Shown: positions 62,569 to 64,000 of the stretch, one piece after another
Layout: each line of letters opens with the position of its first letter
How positions within the stretch are numbered: position 1 is the stretch's first letter
Made by a program: the position numbers and the translations under genes
The notes under the pieces: generated by a model
The model's input: the letters and a program-made list of their open reading frames with translations, nothing else
Database searches by the model: none
Told to the model about the DNA's origin: nothing
NCBI GenBank assembly: GCA_018675635.1
Contig: JABGXU010000008.1
Location: forward strand, 195,588-259,587
DNA: 64,000 bases
Source: Gammaproteobacteria bacterium
GTDB taxonomy: Bacteria > Pseudomonadota > Gammaproteobacteria > Poriferisulfidales > GCA-002705445
Direction: 5' to 3'

Positions 62569-63594
62569 ATGATAAAAATTAATTATTATTTGTTGTTTGT
62601 TATATTTACTGCATTTGCTGTTATTACATTAGGAGCATATGTTAGATTATCTGACGCTGGTTTAGGTTGTCCAGATTGGCCAGGCTGCTATGGCCATTTA
62701 ATTGGGATACCAAATAATACTTCTGAGATTGTTGCGGCTGAAAATAATTTTTTTGGAACAACTTTTGATGTTATTAAAGCATGGAAAGAAATGATTCATA
62801 GATATCTTGCTGGTTTTTTAGGTATTTTAATATTCATTATATCGCTTATATTTTATAAAAATAATGTTCATAATATTTTTAAATTGTCTGCAATAATATC
62901 TGTTTTGGTAATAATGCAAGCTATTCTTGGAATGCTTACAGTCACTTTTCAACTTCAGCCATTAATTGTAATGTTTCATTTATTAGGCGGTTTAACAATA
63001 ATAACTTTATTATGGTTAATTTTTTTAAGGTTCAATAAAAACAGTTATTTTAGTGAAAGTGAGTTTGTTGTTAATGCCATGAATTACCAAATTAATATGC
63101 TATTAATGTTTGGATATGCAACTCTTATTGTTTTAGTAATTCAAATAATGCTTGGTGGGTGGACTAGTACAAATTATGCTGCATTAGCATGCCCTGATTT
63201 TCCAAAATGTAATACATTTTGGTGGCCTGATATGAATTTTAGTGATGCTTTTATGGTTCAATTTACCACAGGATTAAATTATGAATTTGGCAGACTAGAT
63301 AGCCCTGCACGAGTTGCAATACATTTTAGTCATAGAATTTGGGCAATTTTAGTAACTTTTATGATTTTAGCATTATCAGTAATTTCCTATAATATAATTA
63401 AAGTTTCGTACCAAAAAATTATTTCATATTTATTAGTATTTTTTTTATTAATTCAAGTTTTACTTGGAATACTCAATGTAAAGATGAGTTTGCCAATATA
63501 TATAGCAGTTGCTCATAATGGAAATGCTGCTCTTTTATTGATGTGCTTAGTAACGCAATTATATTTCATAAGAAATGTAAAAAATAATTTATAA
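62569..63594 (+). CDS. ctaA: heme A synthase (CtaA/Cox15)
   Basis: 341 aa; 8 TM; conserved His pairs (HRYLAG..., HNGNAALLL). Confidence 0.9.
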   Translation: MIKINYYLLFVIFTAFAVITLGAYVRLSDAGLGCPDWPGCYGHLIGIPNNTSEIVAAENNFFGTTFDVIKAWKEMIHRYLAGFLGILIFIISLIFYKNNVHNIFKLSAIISVLVIMQAILGMLTVTFQLQPLIVMFHLLGGLTIITLLWLIFLRFNKNSYFSESEFVVNAMNYQINMLLMFGYATLIVLVIQIMLGGWTSTNYAALACPDFPKCNTFWWPDMNFSDAFMVQFTTGLNYEFGRLDSPARVAIHFSHRIWAILVTFMILALSVISYNIIKVSYQKIISYLLVFFLLIQVLLGILNVKMSLPIYIAVAHNGNAALLLMCLVTQLYFIRNVKNNL

Positions 63595-63602
63595 AATTTA
63601 AA

Positions 63603-64000
63603 ATGGTTAATTCTAAAATTATTAAAGCATACATTGAATCTTCAAAACCTAGAGTTGTTTTACTAATGATATTTACTTCTTTTATTGGAATGCTTTTAGC
63701 AAACCCATTATCTATTAATTTAAAAGTTTTAATTTTAGGAAATCTTGGAATAGCTATGATGTCATTATCAGCTGGCTCTATTAACCAATTACTAGATCAA
63801 AGAATTGATAGAATTATGTCTAGAACTAAAGGCAGGCCTTTACCTGCAGGAATATTAACTACAAAAAATGTAGTTATTTATTCTTTATTAATGTCAGTTA
63901 TTGGATTTTTTATATTATTTTATTATATAAATATTCTTACAGCTTGGCTAACTTTCGGCTCTTTAATTGGATACGCTTTTATATATACACTTTATTTAAA
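63603..64000 (+). CDS. ctaB: protoheme IX farnesyltransferase (heme O synthase) CtaB/CyoE, N-terminal part (runs off window)
   Basis: Hand-translated MVNSKIIKAYIESSKPRVVLLMIFTSFIGMLLA...DQRIDRIMSRTKGRPLPAG UbiA-family motif. Confidence 0.85.
   Translation, partial: MVNSKIIKAYIESSKPRVVLLMIFTSFIGMLLANPLSINLKVLILGNLGIAMMSLSAGSINQLLDQRIDRIMSRTKGRPLPAGILTTKNVVIYSLLMSVIGFFILFYYINILTAWLTFGSLIGYAFIYTLYL

Noticed and set aside
1-64000. Search for CRISPR arrays, IS elements, integrases, rRNA
   Set aside because: I saw no direct-repeat/spacer periodicity, no transposase-, integrase- or phage-like ORFs, and no rRNA-like conserved blocks. The only stable RNA I could support is tRNA-Phe.

Overview
64-kb window from a very AT-rich (roughly 30% GC by eye) gammaproteobacterial chromosome. 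It is densely packed with housekeeping genes in Pseudomonas-like synteny. On the + strand: cmoA-cmoB, metK-ahcY, rsmE-gshB-ruvX-pyrR-pyrB-pyrC', yggS-proC-yggT-metX-metW, rph-rdgB, rpmE, dsbD-aroQ-accB-accC-fis-purH-purD, rpmB-rpmG, bioH-bioC. On the - strand: rho, trxA, plsY-tkt-gap-pgk-pyk-fba. At the 3' end sits a complete aa3 cytochrome c oxidase assembly cluster: DUF2244-coxB-coxA-ctaG-coxC-(DUF2909)-surf1-(CxxxC protein)-ctaA-ctaB. There is one tRNA-Phe (GAA). I found no rRNA, CRISPR array, transposase or integrase. The less ordinary parts are listed below. (1) The ~5.5 kb between metW and tRNA-Phe carries a DUF2384(Xre/ParS/MbcA antitoxin-like)+SET-domain methyltransferase gene pair, a TerB-like gene, and a translationally coupled three-gene operon (unannotated 54-aa TM peptide, 88-aa protein, YeiH/UPF0324-like transporter with an N-terminal extension). 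(2) A perfect FNR box lies between fnr and a tandem-GST / AlkB-like membrane hydroxylase / small membrane protein operon. (3) Perfect and near-perfect DnaA boxes cluster in the 465-bp AT-rich gap upstream of rpmE. (4) An orphan PyrK-like flavo-iron-sulfur reductase follows a non-catalytic pyrC'. (5) A possible SAM-II-like leader precedes metX. (6) Two short ORFs were missed by the ORF track: rpmG, and a 38-aa TM peptide inside the cox cluster.
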